This document shows positions 1 to 9,565 of a DNA stretch of 33,286 bases, piece by piece. The position numbers and the translations under genes were made by a program. The stretch comes from an uncultured Deinococcales bacterium (GTDB lineage Bacteria; Deinococcota; Deinococci; Deinococcales; JAAFIG01), in assembly GCA_964244895.1 (NCBI GenBank), contig CAXTKV010000034.1:1-33286 (forward strand), written 5' to 3'. The stretch's first letter is position 1. Each line of letters opens with the position of its first letter. The notes under the pieces were generated by a model. It saw nothing but the letters and a program-made list of their open reading frames with translations. It was not told the origin of the DNA and searched no databases.

Positions 1-682
1 TGGTGTAGACCAGGTTGATGTCGGGGTTCTTCTGGAGGCAGTTCTCCATCGCGGTTTGGCCTTTGGCCTGATCGCCGAAGCCGTCCTGGGCGCAGGCGAC
101 GCCCTCAGTGACCTGATTGGCGGTCTTGGCGTCGATGCCTTTGAAGCCCATTCCGGCCAGGAAGCCGTTGTGGCGCAAGATGCCGACCAACGGGCCAGGC
201 GAGAGATCAATCGTGGCGATGACGGGCTTCTTGTTGCCCATGGCGACCTTGGCGTACTTGCCGATCAGCAAGCCAGCCTCGAAGTTGTCGGTGGCGAACA
301 GCGCATCGACGGCATCGGCGGGTTCGGTTGGGCTGTCCAGGGCGATGACCATCACGCCCGCATCGCGGGCCTTCTTGATCGATGGCACGAGCGCCTTGGA
401 GTCGGCGGCGACGAGCAAAATGGTGTTGACGCCGCTGGCGACCATGTTCTCAATCGCGGTGATCTGGCTGGCGGTGTCGGCGTCGAACTTGCCGGAGGCC
501 GAGGTGAATTTCGCGCCCAGTTCGGCAGCTTTCTTTGAGGCTCCCTCGCGCATTTTGACGAAGAACGGGTTGGATTCGGTCTTGGTGATCAATCCGATCG
601 AGGCCTGCTTGCCCTGGGCGAGCGCCAGGCCGACGACGGCGATCGCGCCGAGGCCGAGAACTGCGAGTGCTGTTTTGCGCAT
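1..682 (-). CDS. Sugar ABC transporter substrate-binding protein (RbsB/FrcB-like), 3' end runs off the window
   Basis: Manual translation from CAT at 680-682: MRKTALAVLGLGAIAVVGLALAQGKQASIGLITKTESNPFFVKMREGA...VIALDSPTEPADAVDALFATDNFEAG...AMENCLQKNPDINLVYT. It has a signal peptide, NPFF and ATDN motifs, and an AAGGAG RBS. Absent from the ORF track because it is truncated. Confidence 0.9.
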   Translation of the reverse strand, partial: MRKTALAVLGLGAIAVVGLALAQGKQASIGLITKTESNPFFVKMREGASKKAAELGAKFTSASGKFDADTASQITAIENMVASGVNTILLVAADSKALVPSIKKARDAGVMVIALDSPTEPADAVDALFATDNFEAGLLIGKYAKVAMGNKKPVIATIDLSPGPLVGILRHNGFLAGMGFKGIDAKTANQVTEGVACAQDGFGDQAKGQTAMENCLQKNPDINLVYT

Positions 683-734
683 GGTGGTTCTCCTTGTGGA
701 AACGAGAGGGCGAGGGGTCGAAGGATCGGTCGAG

Positions 735-1223
735 TCAGGCGTGGATGTTGATCGTGTGAGCTGGGATATCGAGCATTTCGATGTCGTCCACCACGGTTTC
801 GCGGCGCAAAACCAGCAGGAACTGAGCGGTTTCCCGAAGCGGAAACGGAGCCCAATGCCAGGTGCCTCGCTTGAGCAGCACGCCGCAACCGGGCTCGAGC
901 ACGAAGGCTCGGATGCGGCCCAGATCCAGCTCGCCCGGAGGAGCCACGATCAGCACGCTCGAGTCCGCGATCGAGATGAATGCTTCCGGGGTGCGGTTGT
1001 GGCGTTCAATTTGCGTCAGTACGAAATCGCGTCGGTGAGCGATCAGGTGCCCCGTGACGCCGCTTTTTTCGAGTCCGGCCAGGTCTGAGGTGGCGTGCCA
1101 GTACGTGATGTCGCCGCGATCCAGGGTCGGTGGCGTTTCGGGTTCCCCCAGCACAGTCCCGAACGGTGCAAAAGCCGCGTGGTTCAACGGTGCGACCTCG
1201 AGCGTGCGGGTTGAATCGGTCAT
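735..1223 (-). CDS. Ureidoglycolate lyase (AllA)-like cupin protein
   Basis: MTDSTRTLEVAPLNHAAFAPFG...IERHNRTPEAFI...RAFVLEPGCGVLLKRGTWHWAPFPL. FAPFG, ERH..EAF and G.WH motifs fit the AllA family. Start chosen at ATG 1223 after a CAGGAG RBS. Confidence 0.75.
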   Translation of the reverse strand: MTDSTRTLEVAPLNHAAFAPFGTVLGEPETPPTLDRGDITYWHATSDLAGLEKSGVTGHLIAHRRDFVLTQIERHNRTPEAFISIADSSVLIVAPPGELDLGRIRAFVLEPGCGVLLKRGTWHWAPFPLRETAQFLLVLRRETVVDDIEMLDIPAHTINIHA

Positions 1224-1368
1224 GGGTGTGCTCCTGTGCCGGATCGGGGCGGGTTCCAGATTGATGCCCGGATTGGTGCAACGATTCAAAGCCGTGGTGA
1301 GCGGCTTGCAAGCTGGTGCAAGCCAATGCTGCACGTGACAAAAACGCGTGCCTTACGCACGAACCAAA

Positions 1369-1384
1369 TTGAAATCGTTTGCAA
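1369..1384. promoter_or_regulatory. Putative LacI-family operator in the divergent promoter region
   Basis: TTGAAATCGTTTGCAA matches the LacI-type TGNAANCGNTTNCA pattern with a central CG. A shorter related site, TGCAACGATTCA, lies at ~1277-1288. Adjacent to a divergent LacI gene. Confidence 0.6.
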
Positions 1385-1620
1385 AAAAACTATAGTCAGA
1401 GCTTCTGAGTTTGTCAACACCCAAAAGACTGTTGGTCGGTCGAAAACTGGAAGCCAGTCTCTCGGGTCGTGCGAAAAATATGTCGTTCTGGACGGAGAAA
1501 ACGCGCCAGTTTCGCCCGCGTTAATCGCGCCTTTATCGTTTGGTTTATGACATTTGGAGTTGAAGCCGGTGCGGTTCGGGCGCACGAAACGCTGAAGCCT
1601 GATATACAGTCTGAAGCACG

Positions 1621-1636
1621 ACTGCAAATTTGCAGT
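1621..1636. promoter_or_regulatory. Perfect 16-bp palindrome upstream of the LacI gene (possible regulator site)
   Basis: ACTGCAAATTTGCAGT, 40 bp upstream of ATG 1676. Confidence 0.4.
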
Positions 1637-1675
1637 GACCGATTCAGCTCAGTTGCAGCAGGGAGCGAGCGCGAC

Positions 1676-2689
1676 ATGGTGACCCTCGACGAAGTAGCAC
1701 AACGCGCAGGCGTATCGACCGCCACTGCCTCCAGAGCGCTGTCGCGCCCGGATCTCGTGGCTGAAAAAACCCGCGATCGGATTCTCAGCGCCGCCCAGGA
1801 ACTCGGGTACAGTCCCAATCAAACAGCGCGCTCCCTGCGGCAAAGCGCGACCCGCACGTTGGGATTGATCATCTCGGATATTCTGGTTCCATTTCATGCC
1901 GAAGTCGCCAAAGGCGTCGAAGATTACGCCTCCAATCAGGGCTACAGCACGCTTCTGTGCAACAGCGACGAGAGCATCCTGCGCGAGCGCGAGGACCTCG
2001 AGTTGCTGCGCCGTTTCCCCGTCCAGGGGTTGATTCTCGAGCCGACCGGTGGCGATCTTTCGACCATCGAAGCCTTCGTCCGGGCAGAAATCCCGGTCGT
2101 CGAGGTGGACCGCATGAGCGGCGTCGAGGGCGTGATTAACATCATCTCCGACAATGTTCAGGGGGCTGCCGACGCGACCCGTTATCTGCTGGATCTGGGT
2201 CATCGGGATATCGCCGTGATCGCCGGAAACCTCAGGTTGACCAGCGGCCAGGAACGTCTGGAAGGCGTCAGGAGAACCCTGCAAGCTGCCGGGATCCCCC
2301 TGCCGCCCGAATGGATCGTGACGGGTCTGAACACCGCTGAGGACGGCGCGAGAGGGGCTCGGGCGCTGTTTGCCAACGCCAGCCGCAAGCCGAGCGCCGT
2401 GATCGCCGTGAACTTCATGATGACGGCGGGTGCGTTGGTGGTCTTGCGGGAACTCGGGTTGAGCATCCCGAACGACGTGTCCGTCATCGGTTTCGACGAT
2501 TCACCCGTCGCCACGCTGCTCGACCCGCCGTTGACGGTCGTGGCGCAATCCGCCTACGAGATGGGCCGCAGCGCCGCCAAAGTGATCATCGAGCAGATCG
2601 AAACCGGACTGACCCGCAACCGCGCCCCGAGCGTGGTTCGCTTCCCGATGCGCTTGATCGTTCGTCAGTCGTGCCGCTCGAGGCTCTGA
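1676..2689 (+). CDS. LacI-family transcriptional regulator
   Basis: MVTLDEVAQRAGVSTATASRALS HTH, LGYSPNQTARSLR hinge, and a periplasmic-binding-type effector domain (DNVQGA, GHRDIA, PNDVSVIGFDD, PPLTVV). Start at ATG 1676 after GGGAG. Confidence 0.95.
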   Translation: MVTLDEVAQRAGVSTATASRALSRPDLVAEKTRDRILSAAQELGYSPNQTARSLRQSATRTLGLIISDILVPFHAEVAKGVEDYASNQGYSTLLCNSDESILREREDLELLRRFPVQGLILEPTGGDLSTIEAFVRAEIPVVEVDRMSGVEGVINIISDNVQGAADATRYLLDLGHRDIAVIAGNLRLTSGQERLEGVRRTLQAAGIPLPPEWIVTGLNTAEDGARGARALFANASRKPSAVIAVNFMMTAGALVVLRELGLSIPNDVSVIGFDDSPVATLLDPPLTVVAQSAYEMGRSAAKVIIEQIETGLTRNRAPSVVRFPMRLIVRQSCRSRL

Positions 2690-2827
2690 GGAAATCAAAC
2701 TCGAGCCTTCCCGGAACAATCCGATTTGCAAGCTGAGCATTCGCGCTTCGGATGGTCAAAAACGGTGTCGTCAACTCGAGAAACGCGTTACCCTGACACG
2801 AAATAACCCCTCGACGAGGATGGATTC

Positions 2828-4171
2828 GTGACTGCAGACGAACCTCAAACTTTCGCTCAACCCGCGACTGCCAGGCTCGCACTGATCGGGCTGGGGTTCG
2901 GTGCTTGCTTTGCGATCCTCGGGACGTTCATCGAATGTGCGCGGGTCGGTCAGTTAACGCTCGTCGGGGCGCTCAAGCTACAGGCGAACACTCCTTTGTT
3001 GTGGATGATTGACCTGATTCCGTTTGTGCTGGCTACAATCGGCAGTTTCGTGCAGACTTCCGCGCGCAAATACCGAACCACCGGTGCGCAACGCCGCATG
3101 CCCGTGCTGTTGATCATCCAGACGGTCTTCTCGGTGCTGTTGTTCGTGATTTCGCTGGTGCAATCCAACAACTCTCAGAGCGACATCCAGACGATGAACC
3201 TGAGCGGTTCCTTGCGATACCGTGCGCTCTATATTCACAGCACGACCTTTCGAGCGGACGGCAGTTGGCGGCAGGTTTATGCGGAGATGCGCACGATTTT
3301 TCAGACGCTCCGAACCCAATTCCCCGAGGAAACCCGTCCCGCGCTCGAAACCTGGAAGGTTTTCTCGGATTCGCTCGATCAGCACGGGTACGTGGACTGG
3401 TTCACCGCGAATGACATGCGCAACGCCGCGAACGCGCTGACGGAACGCCTTCAGAATCGCCTGATCGAACAGACGGAGACCAGCAAGCGGCTGCTGACAT
3501 TCGGGTCTTTGAGCGTGCTGCTGTCGTTGGTGTTCAGCTTCAGTTTGCTGGGTCAACTGCGCCGCGTCGAGGATCGACTGCGCGAGAACCAAGCGCACCT
3601 GACGCGCGTTAACCAGACGCTCGAGACGAAAGTTCACCTCGATGCCCTGACGGGACTCAACAACCGTCGCGCTTTCGATGACCGCTTGCGCCTCGAGTTC
3701 GACCGCGCGCGATCGTCCGGTGCAGCCCTGTCCGTGGTGATGCTCGACATCGACGAGTTCAAGAAATTCAACGATGCCTTCGGCCACCCAGCCGGAGACG
3801 ACATCCTGCGAACCATCGGGCAAGTCATTTTTGATGTCGCGCGCAGCTCGGATTTCCCGGCCCGTTACGGCGGCGAAGAATTCATCATGATCCTGCCGCG
3901 CGCCGATACCGACGGGAGTTGCCGGGCTGCCGAGCGCCTCCGGGCTGCCATTGAAGCTCAACCCTGGGCGCTGCGGAGCATCACCGCCAGCTTGGGCGTG
4001 GCCACCTTGAAAGATGAGATGGAAACACCTCAGGATCTGATTCAGGACGCCGACCGCGCCCTGTACGCGTCCAAAGCTTGCGGGCGCAACCGCGTTACCC
4101 ACGCGGCATCGCTCAAAACCACGGAAGCCCACGGCGTTCCAACGGCCACGCTCGAGGTCAAGCACGTCTGA
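2828..4171 (+). CDS. Membrane-bound diguanylate cyclase with NarX/PilJ-like sensor segment
   Basis: Several hydrophobic TM segments, TMNLSGSLRYR sensor motif, DALTGLNNRR, DIDEFKKFND..GH..GD, RSSD I-site and intact GGEEF. Confidence 0.9.
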   Translation: MTADEPQTFAQPATARLALIGLGFGACFAILGTFIECARVGQLTLVGALKLQANTPLLWMIDLIPFVLATIGSFVQTSARKYRTTGAQRRMPVLLIIQTVFSVLLFVISLVQSNNSQSDIQTMNLSGSLRYRALYIHSTTFRADGSWRQVYAEMRTIFQTLRTQFPEETRPALETWKVFSDSLDQHGYVDWFTANDMRNAANALTERLQNRLIEQTETSKRLLTFGSLSVLLSLVFSFSLLGQLRRVEDRLRENQAHLTRVNQTLETKVHLDALTGLNNRRAFDDRLRLEFDRARSSGAALSVVMLDIDEFKKFNDAFGHPAGDDILRTIGQVIFDVARSSDFPARYGGEEFIMILPRADTDGSCRAAERLRAAIEAQPWALRSITASLGVATLKDEMETPQDLIQDADRALYASKACGRNRVTHAASLKTTEAHGVPTATLEVKHV

Positions 4172-4220
4172 GGCCGAGGAGAAAATCTCGAGCCTTCGCG
4201 TCACAGTCTGCGTCTTTGGA

Positions 4221-4280
4221 GCACCGTCCTGGACGGTGTTTTCATCTCCTGACACGAATTTCTTCGTCTGGCACGGTGTT
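4221..4280. repeat. Half-sites of the dispersed CGT-N5-ACG element
   Basis: GCACCGTcctggACGGTGTT (4221-4240) and ttCGTctggcACGGTGTT (~4263-4280), between convergent genes. Confidence 0.7.
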
Positions 4281-4516
4281 TATTTCGGATGCGGCTCGAT
4301 GGACGGTGCAGCGCCCGTCCGGAAGGCGTGTTCCTCGAGTTGCGGCCTCGAAAGGCTGGCCCTGACGCGAAATCAAAGGGTTGGCGCGAGGGCAACCTGA
4401 AAAGTCTCTCCTGCAAAAATCGTGCGTTGTACGGGTCTATGACCTGAACGCTCCTCCAGACGCGCATGATCAGCTGGGCAGAGTCTCGCCGCGCTCGAGC
4501 CAACGCATAAGCCGCT

Positions 4517-7267
4517 TCAGACCATCGCAGCCTGAGTTGACGCGTCCCACGAGGCCACCAGCGCGGCATCCATCGGGCTGGCGAACAGGTAGCCTTGGCC
4601 GTACTCGCTGCCGAGGGCGCGCAATTTCGAGCATTGCTCGCGCGTCTCGATGCCTTCGGCGATCACGTCAATACCCATGTTGTGCGCCAGCGCGATGATC
4701 GTCTGAACGATCTCGCTGGATTCGCCGTTTGCCTTGTCGAGACGAACCAGATCGTTGACGAAAGCGCGATCAATTTTGAGCGTGTTGATCGGGAAACGGT
4801 GCAGGTACGACAGGCTCGAGTAACCCTGCCCGAAATCGTCCAGCAGGATCGCCACGCCGAGTTGGCGCAACTGAGCCAGCGCCACCTGAAGGTGGTCGCC
4901 GCTCTTGATCAAGGCGGTTTCGGTGATTTCTAAGCGCAGTCGGCGCGCGGGCAATCCCGTCTCTTCGAGCGCGGCTTTGACGCGCTCAAAAAGACCGGGT
5001 TCGGCCAGCGAACGGCTCGAAAAGTTGACGCTGACCGTGCGGGCGGGTTCGTGCGGGGAAGTGGGCCAACCCACAGCTTGCGCGCAGGCCGTGCGAAGCA
5101 CCCAGGCGTCAATTTCAGCAATCAAGCTGGTTTCCTCGGCGATCGGCAAGAATGCGCCGGGTTCCAGCAGCCCGCGCTCCGGATGCTGCCAGCGCACCAG
5201 CGCCTCGAATCCGACGGCGCGACCCGTCTCGAGCGATACGACCGGTTGGTAGAACACGCGCAGCTCATCGCGATCCAGGGCGTAACGCAAACCCGTCTCG
5301 ATCTTCATGCGTTCCAGCGCCTCGGTGTGCATGGTCGCGTCGTAAACCTCAATGCCCGTACCGAGCGCCTTGGCGCGGTACATGGCCGTGTCGGCGGCCC
5401 TCAGGTAATCCGAACTGGTCCAGCCGATCGGGCTGGTCGCGATACCGATGCTGATGCCGCTGAAGACCTCGTGTCCGTCGAGCATGAAGGGCTTGCCGAG
5501 GGCGCGGCGCAAACGTTCCGCCAGCGCGCTCGGCTCACCGTGCGCATTGAGATTCTCTATGAGCACCACGAACTCGTCGCCGCTCAGACGCGCTACCGTG
5601 TCGCCGGGACGCATGTTCTCCTCGAGTCGCCGCGCCATCTGCACCAGCAACTGATCGCCGATCAGATGTCCCAGGCTGTCGTTGAGCACCTTGAAGCGGT
5701 TGACATCCATGAACAGCACGCTGAATCCGAAACGTTCGTCGCGCGCGTGATGCGCCACGGCGCGATCCAGACGATCCATGAACAACCGTCGGCTGGGCAA
5801 GCCCGTCAGCGTGTCGTAGTACGAGCCGCGCTCGGCCAAGTCCGTGAGTGATCCCGCCATGCGGTGCGCCTTGCTGTTCGCGTCGCGCACCGCCAGGCCG
5901 CGACACAGCACCCAACGGTACGTGCCGTTCTTGTGAAGAAGACGAATCTGACTGGCAAAGTTTGGCGAGTGACCTTCCAGGTGCGCCCTCATCTCGTCCT
6001 CGAGACGCTCCCGGTCTTCGGGGTGCGACAGCGCTTTCCAGGTGACGGACGTGGGCGTGATCTCGTCCTGCCCGTATCCGAGGATCTTGTTGAACCGTTC
6101 GGAGAGATAAAGCCGATCGGTTTCGATGTCCCAGTCCCACAAGCCATCGTTCGCGCCTTGCGCGGCCAGCGCGTAGCGTTCCTCGCTGACGCGCAGTTCG
6201 TGCTCGCGATGCTGCAATTCGATTTGGGCCCGCTCGAGCGCCCGGAAGGTGGTGTTGATCGTTGCGGCCAGCGAACCGAGTTCATCCTGCCCGTCCACGG
6301 TGACGCTGGCCGAAGATTGAGCGCTCTGCCCGACCCGGCTGACTTCGTTGCTCAACCGCGTCAACCTCGAGAGCACGTCGCGCTCGAGCAGCCAGACCGA
6401 AAGTGCCCCGAAGACCAACCCGATGACGGTCAACGAGATCAGCATGTAACGCAAGCTGATCTCGCCTTGCAGGTAGATCTGGCGCGGCTCTTTCATCTGC
6501 ACCACCGTCGCTGGGGTTCCGAAAACATCGCGCAGCAGGAAGTACCCGGCGACCGTCCGGTTGCCTTCCGGGTGCACGACCGCCTCCTGGCCCGTGTAGA
6601 GCGCTGCGATGTCCTCGCGGTCATTGTCTGCCAATGCGCGATCCTGAAGCGAAATTCGCGAGAGCGACAGGTGCGTGACCTTGCCGAGCTCCGTCAGCAG
6701 CTCGTCGTCGAAATACCGCGCCATCAACAGCGTGCCGCGACTCGGGCCTCGACCATCGCTGGTCAGGATCGGTCGAGAGGCGACCAGCATCGATCCCGAG
6801 GGAAGGCGCATCAAACCGGAAGTCATGCTGGACGGATTCGAGCCGTGCAACATCGGACTGCCCGGTTTCAGGTAGGTCTCTAAGCCCGTTGGCAATCGGG
6901 TTTGATGACCGTTCTGGAGCGCTTTGATAAACACGGTTCGCCCGTTCACGTCGAGGTACGCGATCAGGTTGATGTTCAGGTTGCTGAGCGAGGAATCGGT
7001 CAGGCTCGATTTCTGGTACGCCGCGTTGCGATCCTTGATGAAGGCATACGTGTCATCCCAGGCCGACCAGTCCTTGACGACCAGATCGAGCGAGCCGCGC
7101 GTGGTGGTGATCGCATCCTTGAGCCGTTGAATGTTCTTGAGTGCCTCGCGCCGCTCGAGCCGAGCGTAATCGCCCCTGGAGAGGGTCGCGATGGTGAAGT
7201 AAACCACCGCCACCAGCGCGGCAATCGATAAACCGACCAACCTGAGGGTACGAACGCGAAGGGTCAT
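4517..7267 (-). CDS. CHASE4-HAMP-PAS-GGDEF-EAL c-di-GMP cyclase/phosphodiesterase
   Basis: N-terminal TM, DWSAWDDTY (CHASE4), second TM, DELGSLA (HAMP), ANDGLWDWD..HPED (PAS), DTLTGLP..RLSGDEF, FEALVRWQHP, DDFGQGYSSLSYL, AEGIET, GQGYLF. Confidence 0.95.
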   Translation of the reverse strand: MTLRVRTLRLVGLSIAALVAVVYFTIATLSRGDYARLERREALKNIQRLKDAITTTRGSLDLVVKDWSAWDDTYAFIKDRNAAYQKSSLTDSSLSNLNINLIAYLDVNGRTVFIKALQNGHQTRLPTGLETYLKPGSPMLHGSNPSSMTSGLMRLPSGSMLVASRPILTSDGRGPSRGTLLMARYFDDELLTELGKVTHLSLSRISLQDRALADNDREDIAALYTGQEAVVHPEGNRTVAGYFLLRDVFGTPATVVQMKEPRQIYLQGEISLRYMLISLTVIGLVFGALSVWLLERDVLSRLTRLSNEVSRVGQSAQSSASVTVDGQDELGSLAATINTTFRALERAQIELQHREHELRVSEERYALAAQGANDGLWDWDIETDRLYLSERFNKILGYGQDEITPTSVTWKALSHPEDRERLEDEMRAHLEGHSPNFASQIRLLHKNGTYRWVLCRGLAVRDANSKAHRMAGSLTDLAERGSYYDTLTGLPSRRLFMDRLDRAVAHHARDERFGFSVLFMDVNRFKVLNDSLGHLIGDQLLVQMARRLEENMRPGDTVARLSGDEFVVLIENLNAHGEPSALAERLRRALGKPFMLDGHEVFSGISIGIATSPIGWTSSDYLRAADTAMYRAKALGTGIEVYDATMHTEALERMKIETGLRYALDRDELRVFYQPVVSLETGRAVGFEALVRWQHPERGLLEPGAFLPIAEETSLIAEIDAWVLRTACAQAVGWPTSPHEPARTVSVNFSSRSLAEPGLFERVKAALEETGLPARRLRLEITETALIKSGDHLQVALAQLRQLGVAILLDDFGQGYSSLSYLHRFPINTLKIDRAFVNDLVRLDKANGESSEIVQTIIALAHNMGIDVIAEGIETREQCSKLRALGSEYGQGYLFASPMDAALVASWDASTQAAMV

Positions 7268-7480
7268 GGTGAGGGTGAAATGCCCGATTGCGCAGGCAAT
7301 ACTTGATGATTGTGCCCGTGGGCGTCTTACAGCTTCCTCACCCGATGATCAGGTTTTTCTCGGAACGCCCCACGGTTCTTTTGGGGGGAACTCGAGCGGT
7401 GTTCTCGCGCCGGGTTGCACGACCGGAACCCCCGATTCGAAAGCCAGGAAATTGAACAACCAAACCCCGACATCCAAACG

Positions 7481-7486
7481 TACACT
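7481..7486 (+). promoter_or_regulatory. -10 element of a probable leaderless promoter
   Basis: TACACT, 6 nt before ATG 7493, with no Shine-Dalgarno. Confidence 0.55.
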
Positions 7487-7492
7487 CACGTG

Positions 7493-8041
7493 ATGAAACG
7501 ATCCTTCGCGGTGTGGCGGGTGGCCCTGAGCGCAGTTCTGATCCCCGGCCTGATGGCCTGCGGAGCGATCCCATTGATGGTCGGCGTCGATCCGGTCAGC
7601 CTGAACCTGGGTGCGCTCGTACCGACCGGCGGCCAGGTGATCTATCAGGCTTTGGCCAGCGCGGTGCTGCGCCAGAACACGCCGATCTCGATCAATTCGG
7701 TCACGGTCACGGGGAACGCCAGCGGCACGAACGTCGTCTCGAGCCTGAAGGCCTTCATTTACGGGCGCACGACCGACCCGGCCAGCGACCCGAACTGCTC
7801 TGCCAGCGGTCTGTACTCCATCTGTTCGGCCAGCAGCCAGGTCAAACTCTCCGGCGAGATCGGGTTCTCTGCGGGCGGCGCGGCCCAGGCGTTCACCTTC
7901 GGTGGTGGGGCTGGCGGCAACATTTTGCGCGACGGGGTCAACCAGAACAAAATCTGGTTCGGCCTGGAAGTCACCCAGGGCGCGAGCGCGGGCATGACCT
8001 TGCGCTTGGCCGACATGGTCGCGCGCGTCACGCTGTTCTGA
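7493..8041 (+). CDS. Hypothetical lipoprotein
   Basis: MKRSFAVWRVALSAVLIPGLMAC: basic N-terminus, hydrophobic stretch, LMAC lipobox. Mature part is beta-rich with two Cys. Confidence 0.75.
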   Translation: MKRSFAVWRVALSAVLIPGLMACGAIPLMVGVDPVSLNLGALVPTGGQVIYQALASAVLRQNTPISINSVTVTGNASGTNVVSSLKAFIYGRTTDPASDPNCSASGLYSICSASSQVKLSGEIGFSAGGAAQAFTFGGGAGGNILRDGVNQNKIWFGLEVTQGASAGMTLRLADMVARVTLF

Positions 8042-8059
8042 GGTGACATCGCAAATCTA

Positions 8060-8106
8060 GCGTCCTGGACGGTGCCCGAGTCGTGAACACCGTCTGGGAC
8101 GCATTT
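8060..8106. repeat. Two back-to-back half-sites of the dispersed element
   Basis: GCGTcctggACGGTGC ... AACACCGTctgggACGCATTT, with arms in the opposite order to the canonical copies. Confidence 0.75.
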
Positions 8107-8234
8107 TATTGACTCGCCCGAATTGCGCGGTCGGTACTGGACGCTGGCGGCCTTCGGGATGTCAGAATGGATGACGTTCGCAGCACGCGCACGCGACCGT
8201 GCGTCAGATCTCGAGCAGGATCGGAGTCCCAGCC

Positions 8235-9449
8235 ATGACAGAGCACTACCCATTCGCCTCGCGCATGAACGGCGTGAAAGCCAGCTTCGTGCGCGAAATC
8301 CTGAAAGTCACGACCCAACCCAACATGATCTCCTTCGCGGGTGGATTGCCCGCGCCCGAACTGTTCGACGTGGATGGCATGCGTCAGGCCGCGCTCGAGG
8401 TTTTCGACTTTGAGGGCCGCGCTGCGCTTCAGTACAGCGTCACCGACGGCGTCCTGAAACTCCGCGAGAACCTGGTCAAACTGATGGCCGCGCGCGGTGC
8501 GCACGGATTGCAAGCCGACGAATTCGTCGTCACCAACGGCTCGCAGCAGGGCATCGACCTGATCGCCAAGATCATGCTCGACCCCGGCGATGTCGTGGTG
8601 CTGGAGCGACCCAGCTACCTGGCCGCCGTGCAAGTCTTCGACCTGTACCAGGCCGATTACCTGGGCATCGAAGTGGACGCCGACGGCATGATCGTTGAAG
8701 ACCTCGACGAGAAACTGACGGCGCTCAAAGCCTCCGGCAAGACCGCCAAATTCATTTACACCGTCGCCACCTTCGCCAACCCGACCGGCGGCACGATGAC
8801 CCTGGAGCGCCGCCGCAAACTCCTCGAGATCGCCGTCAAACACCGGATCCTGGTCGTCGAGGACGACCCGTACAGCGACCTTCGCTTCGCCGGAAAAACC
8901 GTCCCACCGATCCTGGCGCTGCGCGACGAAGTGCCCGGCGCAAAGGACTGGATCGCGTACCTCTCGACCATGTCCAAAATTCTCGCACCCGGACTGCGCG
9001 TCGCCTGGATGACGTTGCCGCAACCCGTGCGCCAGAAAATTTTGATCGCCAAACAAGCCTCCGACCTGCACACCAGCACCTTCAACCAACTCCTCGGATC
9101 GCGCTACCTCGAGAGCGGACGACTCGAAGCCAACCTGCCCCGCATCCGCGAATCCTACGGCCTGCGCGCCCGCACCATAATCGACGAACTCGAGGCCGCG
9201 CTACCCAAAGGCGTGTTGGAATTCAGCCAGCCCGAAGGCGGGATGTTCCTCTGGGCGCGCATGAACGAAGGCGTGGACACCGCCCAACTCGTCCAGAAAG
9301 CCATTCAGGCCAACGTCGTGTTCGTGCCTGGGGTGCCTTTTTACCCCGGCAACCCCAGGCAGAACTATATGCGGATTTCTTTTAGCACGCCCACGCCGGA
9401 AGAGATCAAAGAAGGTGTCAAGCGGCTCGCGGAAGCGATCCTGGATTGA
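8235..9449 (+). CDS. PLP-dependent class I aminotransferase, 2-aminoadipate transaminase (LysN)-like
   Basis: VREILK..MISFAGGLPAPELF, NGSQQGIDL, FANPTG, EDDPY, STMSKILAPGLRVAW (PLP Lys), GGMFLW. Start at ATG 8235 after GGAG. Confidence 0.9.
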   Translation: MTEHYPFASRMNGVKASFVREILKVTTQPNMISFAGGLPAPELFDVDGMRQAALEVFDFEGRAALQYSVTDGVLKLRENLVKLMAARGAHGLQADEFVVTNGSQQGIDLIAKIMLDPGDVVVLERPSYLAAVQVFDLYQADYLGIEVDADGMIVEDLDEKLTALKASGKTAKFIYTVATFANPTGGTMTLERRRKLLEIAVKHRILVVEDDPYSDLRFAGKTVPPILALRDEVPGAKDWIAYLSTMSKILAPGLRVAWMTLPQPVRQKILIAKQASDLHTSTFNQLLGSRYLESGRLEANLPRIRESYGLRARTIIDELEAALPKGVLEFSQPEGGMFLWARMNEGVDTAQLVQKAIQANVVFVPGVPFYPGNPRQNYMRISFSTPTPEEIKEGVKRLAEAILD

Positions 9450-9464
9450 CGGCCTAAGATAAAG

Positions 9465-9510
9465 AAAACCGTCCCACACGCGATTTAAGAAACGCGTGTG
9501 GGACGGTGTT
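9465..9510. repeat. Full 46-bp bipartite dispersed element
   Basis: AAAAC-CGT-cccac-ACG-cgatttaagaaacg-CGT-gtggg-ACG-GTGTT. Confidence 0.9.
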
Positions 9511-9565
9511 TTCGTCTTGGGTCCCATCTCACGCGCTGGGTGGGGGCTTCCGCTAGACTTTCCTC

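Noticed and set aside
56..1088. Plus-strand ORFs 56..538 and 117..1088, and other long antisense ORFs (e.g. 2978..4255, 10337..11911, 15309..16958, 20732..22150, 31317..33002)
   Set aside because: These are shadow ORFs opposite well-supported genes, typical of high-GC DNA, with no family motifs.
4290..4516. Possible c-di-GMP riboswitch or sRNA between the two GGDEF genes
   Set aside because: The region is 3' of both convergent genes and I could not match the riboswitch consensus by eye; an Rfam/Infernal scan would be needed.
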